Positions 37,114 to 41,231 of a stretch of 41,231 nucleotides of DNA are shown piece after piece. Below the pieces are notes generated by a model. It was not told the origin of the DNA, ran no database searches, and saw nothing but the letters and a program-made list of their open reading frames with translations. The stretch lies in assembly GCA_039683575.1 (NCBI GenBank), contig JBDKRC010000003.1:1-41231 (forward strand), in the 5' to 3' direction. The DNA comes from Armatimonadia bacterium (GTDB lineage Bacteria > Armatimonadota > Zipacnadia > Zipacnadales > UBA11051). Within the stretch, counting starts at the first letter, position 1. Each line of letters opens with the position of its first letter. A program made the position numbers and the translations under genes.

Positions 37114-37375
37114 ACCGGGCTCCTTGGTGGCTGAAGGAAGGCCGTACGAGCGGCTCAGCCGCGAGGGTACTGGCAAGAGAGAGTGGGGCTTGCAGCCCCA
37201 CGGAGACGGTATCCAGCTCCAGGAAAGAGGCAAAGAAGCAAGTCGGCTGACGTGTTTCCGCCCGGCTGGAAGCCAGGCTCCGGTGGCGTCATCTCGCGCG
37301 GCGACCGCAGCGGTCGCAAGGATGCCGCTCGTACGACCTCGTCGAGACGCCCTCAGCTTCGATGCCCCCCCGGCG

Positions 37376-39034
37376 TCAGAACCGGCCTGAGCGCAGGATC
37401 GAGAAGAGGAGCCAGCCGCCGAGGATAAGACCCACAAAGAGATAGATGACGGTCAGCCAGTCCGCGAGCGGTCCCCGCGCCCGCTCGCTGGTTACCAGGT
37501 TGGTCGAGGACATGATGACCGCCGCCACCACGAGGGCGAACGCTATCCGGTTGACCATCAGGTCCAGCCGGTGAAGCGGCCGATCAATGTTCTCATGCCA
37601 GATGCGCATCCTGATGCCGCCGCCCTGCATCCGCTGCAAGACCTGGTTCACCTGCCGGGGCAGGCTCTGGGCGTAACGGCTGGTCGAGCGTGCCATCCGG
37701 AAGATCTCTTCGCCGATGCGCTTGGGCTTGAGGCGCTCGGCGACCAGGACCTTCAGTTCCTGGCGGAGCACTTCCTGCGCGTCGAATTGCGGGTCCAGTC
37801 CGAGGCAGATGCCCTCGGTCACGATCAAGGACTTGGCAATGGCGGCCAGGCTTGGCTGCATTCGCACGCCATGCCGCACCACCAGTTCCAGGAGCTGGTT
37901 CAGAAGCTGCCCGAGGCCGATCTGGGCGCTGCTTTTGAACCCGGAATAGTACGAGATCATCCGCCCAATGTCGGTGGTTAGTTGCTCCAGGTCCGTGCGC
38001 TCGCTCGTGGCCCCCAGCGCCAGCACATAGTCCGTGACCTCCTGCGCATCGTCACTCATCACCGCCACAATCAGCGATACCAGGTGCTCGCGCACCGAGC
38101 GGTCGATGGACACCGCGTTGCCGCAGTCAATGAACGCCACCGTCTCGCCGCCGGGAAACAGCACGTTTCCGGCATGGGGGTCGCCGTGGAAGAATCCGTC
38201 CCGCAGAATCTGCCGCAGCATCAGCGCCAGCATGTTGCTGGCCGCGCCCTGCGCGTCCACGTCGAACGTTGCGAGGTCCTCCGGCTGCCCGACCTTGGCC
38301 CCCTCCACCCACTCCACCACCAGCACCCGCCGTGTCGTCAGGTTCCAGTAAATCGCCGGGACGTACGCGATGGACTCCTCGGCCAGGTTGTCCTTTAGCC
38401 GCCGGGTGTTGTGCGCCTCAATCAGGAAGTTCAGTTCCTGCCGGATCGTGTCGGCAGAGGTCTGCGCTACCTGCAGAATTCGATTCTCGGCGGCCCAGGC
38501 GACGGACTTTTCCGCCCGCCGTGCCGCCCAGAGCATGAGGTCCAAGTCCAGTTCCACCGACTCCGCCACACCCAGCCGCTGCACCTTCACCGCCACCGGA
38601 GTGCCGTCCGCCAGCCGCGCGAAATGCACCTGCCCGATGGACGCCGAGGCCCGCGGCTCCCGCTCGAACTGGTCAAAAAGCTCGTCTACCTCTCCCCCCA
38701 GTTCCTCGCGAATAACCTGCTGCACGTCCTCGAACGACTGCGGCGGCACGTTATCCTGCAATTCCCGAAGCTGGGCGACGTACGCCGCCGGCACGAGATC
38801 AGGCCGGCTGGCGAGGAGTTGGCCGAGCTTGATGGCGGTCCCACCCAACTCGAGCAGCGCGCGCCGCAGCCGCTCGGGCATCTCCAGCCCGGCGACTTCG
38901 GCTTCCATCCGCCGGTGCCGCACCCGCGGCAGATCGGCCTCGTGCAGCACCCACGAGAAGCCGAAGCGCCCCAGCACGCTCATGACCTGACTGGCGCGGC
39001 GGAAGCGCGCGCGGGCCTTCCCGCCCCAGCTCAT
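37376..39034 (-). CDS. ABC1/UbiB atypical kinase
   Basis: IKLGQLLASRPD, ASASIGQVH, VAVKVQR, GFFHGDPHAGN, IDCG; C-terminal TMs. Confidence 0.92.
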   Translation of the reverse strand: MSWGGKARARFRRASQVMSVLGRFGFSWVLHEADLPRVRHRRMEAEVAGLEMPERLRRALLELGGTAIKLGQLLASRPDLVPAAYVAQLRELQDNVPPQSFEDVQQVIREELGGEVDELFDQFEREPRASASIGQVHFARLADGTPVAVKVQRLGVAESVELDLDLMLWAARRAEKSVAWAAENRILQVAQTSADTIRQELNFLIEAHNTRRLKDNLAEESIAYVPAIYWNLTTRRVLVVEWVEGAKVGQPEDLATFDVDAQGAASNMLALMLRQILRDGFFHGDPHAGNVLFPGGETVAFIDCGNAVSIDRSVREHLVSLIVAVMSDDAQEVTDYVLALGATSERTDLEQLTTDIGRMISYYSGFKSSAQIGLGQLLNQLLELVVRHGVRMQPSLAAIAKSLIVTEGICLGLDPQFDAQEVLRQELKVLVAERLKPKRIGEEIFRMARSTSRYAQSLPRQVNQVLQRMQGGGIRMRIWHENIDRPLHRLDLMVNRIAFALVVAAVIMSSTNLVTSERARGPLADWLTVIYLFVGLILGGWLLFSILRSGRF

Positions 39035-39050
39035 TTGGTTCGGCTGTCGC

Positions 39051-40049
39051 CTATAGCCTGATATTGGGGTCCCATCCACAGCCAGCGCACCTGCCCTCGT
39101 TATTCAAACCCACGACCCTGCCCGCATAGCCGGCCCGCGACACCAAAAGCCGCCCGCATTGGGCGCATTCGGTATCGCGTGCGCCCTCAAGCTGAATGTT
39201 GCCGACATACACGTGCTTCAGCTTCGCCCTGGCGAGTTCGTACGCCAGCTTCAGAGTTGCCGGCGGCGTCGGCGGCGTTTCGAACTTGTAGTCCGGATGA
39301 TATGCCGAGAAGTGCACCGGCATATCCACCGAGACGCCTGCCGCCCAGTCCACCAGCGCCTGCAGTTCCTCTTCGGAGTCATTCTGGCCGGGGATGATCA
39401 GGTTGGTGATCTCCACATGCACCCGGCCAATGGCTCGCTCCACTGTCTGCCGCGCCGGCAACGCCTGGCCCTTGCAGTGCTCCAGATAGAAACGCTCGCT
39501 CATGGACTTGATGTCCACGTTCATCGCGTCGATGTATGGCAGGAGCTCTTCCAGCGGCTCACGCTCGACGATTCCATTCGTGACGAGCACATTGTACATC
39601 CCGGCCTGCTTCACGAGCGGCGCCGTGTCGCGGATGTACTCATACCATATGAAGGGTTCGTTATAGGTAAAGGCCAGCCCAATATTGCCTTCGCGCACAT
39701 ATTCCTGCGCCATCCGCACTGCGTCCTCGGGCTCAACCTCGCGCGTCGCGGGCCGGGTCTGGGAGATCTGCCAATTCTGGCAGAACCCGCAGCTCAGGTT
39801 GCAGCCGAAGGTCCCCAGGGACAGGATGGAGCCGCCAGGATGGAAATGGTAGAGCGGTTTCTTCTCGATGGGATCCAGGCCCATCGAGGTTACTTCCGCA
39901 TAGTTGAGGGTCTGCAGCACCCCATGCACATTTTTGCGCACGCTGCAGCGCCCGACGGCGTCGGGACGGATGTGACAGTGCCAGGGACAGAGCACACAAT
40001 CCGCCCGCTCTCCCTCCGCGCTCCAGAACATCGCTTCACGTTCCGGCAT
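39051..40049 (-). CDS. amrS: AmmeMemoRadiSam system radical SAM enzyme
   Basis: CVLCPWHC..G.C..R, DPIEKKPLYHFHPG, GCNLSCGFCQNWQISQ, TYNEP, HVYVGN. Confidence 0.92.
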   Translation of the reverse strand: MPEREAMFWSAEGERADCVLCPWHCHIRPDAVGRCSVRKNVHGVLQTLNYAEVTSMGLDPIEKKPLYHFHPGGSILSLGTFGCNLSCGFCQNWQISQTRPATREVEPEDAVRMAQEYVREGNIGLAFTYNEPFIWYEYIRDTAPLVKQAGMYNVLVTNGIVEREPLEELLPYIDAMNVDIKSMSERFYLEHCKGQALPARQTVERAIGRVHVEITNLIIPGQNDSEEELQALVDWAAGVSVDMPVHFSAYHPDYKFETPPTPPATLKLAYELARAKLKHVYVGNIQLEGARDTECAQCGRLLVSRAGYAGRVVGLNNEGRCAGCGWDPNIRL

Positions 40050-40076
40050 CTCTCACCACCCCTGTCGTGTGTGTGC

Positions 40077-40161
40077 TGTCATCCTGAGCGCGGACGTCTT
40101 CGTCTGCCAAGCGAAGGATCTCTGCGACACCGGGGGATCCTTCGCTTTGCTCAGGATGACA
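40077..40161. repeat. TGTCAT-family REP-like inverted repeat
   Basis: tgtcatcctgagcg...gcgaaggatctc / gggatccttcgctttgctcaggatgaca. Confidence 0.85.
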
Positions 40162-40195
40162 ACGTTAGCGGAACTCAATGCCCGTTGTTGTCGCT

Positions 40196-40960
40196 CTACG
40201 CCTCGCTGAAGCTGGGCTCGCCCTGTATCTGGTCCACCAGGGCCTTCACTGCCGCGATTTGCTCGGCGCTGCCCCAGGCTGCCAGCCAGATGCCGCCTTC
40301 GGCTCCGCAGACGCCGCCGGCTCCGATCTGGTGGACTTCCGCGCCGGTCAGCAGTTCCAGAGCCTCAATCTCGGTCACGATCTCGCCCTGCATCGGCCAC
40401 AGCGCCGGCATTCCCTCGCGACTAAGCTCCGGCTCACCAGTGATCGTCTCGGCGAGGTCCAGGATGTCGCCTACGATCTCCTTCTCCAGGCCCACCGGGA
40501 TGACCAGGTGCAGGCCCTTTCCGTAGAAGGGGCCGATGATGGTTCCGAGGGTCCCACCCTCAGGATGCCCCACCAGCAGGCCGGCGATGCCGCTTTCGTA
40601 GTTCAGGGCATTCGCGCCCTTGATGACTACATCTCCGCGGCCCATCTGCGCTACGGCCTCCTTCATCGGGAGGTCGCTCTTTTGGCCCTTGACGAGGACG
40701 ACCTCGGAGAGGTTGCCGCCAAATACGCCGCTTACGTCGGCTTTGGCCGGCAGCGTCCGCCCGAGGACGTAGGCGCCTTTTTGGATCTTCTCGCCCAGGA
40801 GTTCCTCGGCGACGTAGGAGTTCGTGGTGCCCTTGGTGACCAGTACGATGCCCTGCTCGAGGGCTTTGCGCACCACCGGCAGCGCCGCTACGCCCTTGGC
40901 GATCAGCCGCTTGCCCTCCGAGACGGTCAACACCAAGCTACACGTTTGCAGGTCAGACAT
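40196..40960 (-). CDS. Conserved hypothetical protein
   Basis: 254 aa from MSDLQ with AAAGGA RBS; globular, with motifs KRLIAKG, GTTN, KGANAL, GGT, PVGLEK, GAGG..GAEG. Confidence 0.8.
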   Translation of the reverse strand: MSDLQTCSLVLTVSEGKRLIAKGVAALPVVRKALEQGIVLVTKGTTNSYVAEELLGEKIQKGAYVLGRTLPAKADVSGVFGGNLSEVVLVKGQKSDLPMKEAVAQMGRGDVVIKGANALNYESGIAGLLVGHPEGGTLGTIIGPFYGKGLHLVIPVGLEKEIVGDILDLAETITGEPELSREGMPALWPMQGEIVTEIEALELLTGAEVHQIGAGGVCGAEGGIWLAAWGSAEQIAAVKALVDQIQGEPSFSEA

Positions 40961-41036
40961 GCCAGTGCCACATCCTTTGGGGGTCCCCAGGTCGCCTGAT
41001 AACCAGATCTGCTGCCAGGCAGGTATGCTTATGTCA

Positions 41037-41066
41037 AGTATATCAACCCCCCCTCCGCTTTGGCAA
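41037..41066 (-). promoter_or_regulatory. Sigma70-type promoter for the leftward operon
   Basis: Minus strand TTGCCA-18 nt-TATACT with an extended -10 TG. Confidence 0.55.
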
Positions 41067-41231
41067 GTTATCCGCGCCATCGTCGGGCCGGCATGTCGTC
41101 TGGCAGGGGTGCGACTCGCCTTTGTAGGTAGAATAACGTCCCATCATTGTCGGGAGTTGTACAACTTTGTCAGGCCGCTTTGGCCGCTTGTGCGATTTGC
41201 TCGTGCTGTGCACTCAGTAGGCGCGTTCGGA

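Noticed and set aside
37114-37437. N-terminal 108-aa extension of Maf
   Set aside because: It overlaps the ubiB-like gene end and palindromic DNA; a good RBS and TTG lie at 37113.
39051-40049. amrS without adjacent amrA/amrB as a novelty
   Set aside because: Partners of this system are often unlinked and could lie outside the window.

Overview
A GC-rich chromosomal segment from a diderm bacterium. It carries Kdo biosynthesis genes, and the gene mix is reminiscent of Armatimonadota-like lineages, although that assignment is inference only. About 36 CDS are present and all but one (a cyclophilin lipoprotein) lie on the minus strand. Most are housekeeping: amrS-ubiB-maf-mreBCD, kdsB-kdsA-kdsD, coaX-dusB, lysS, ftsEX-M23-ctpA-LysM/G5, ispA, ispH and ptb. 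Accessory genes include a sulfatase, GH-like proteins, a radical SAM enzyme, and MATE and ABC transporters. Intergenic regions are packed with several families of REP-like palindromes, including a 3x ~162-bp tandem array. Three observations stand out. (1) An unannotated 52-codon ORF (7917-8075, -) has a strong RBS, an in-frame UGA and a bacterial SECIS-like hairpin right after it, making it a candidate new small membrane-associated selenoprotein. (2) A DUF3800 gene is inserted before lysS together with a convergent ~65-nt structured RNA that has its own promoter and terminator. (3) A nucleotidyltransferase plus HARE-HTH/HNH nuclease cassette is inserted inside the kds operon. All calls come from reading the sequence; no database searches were run.
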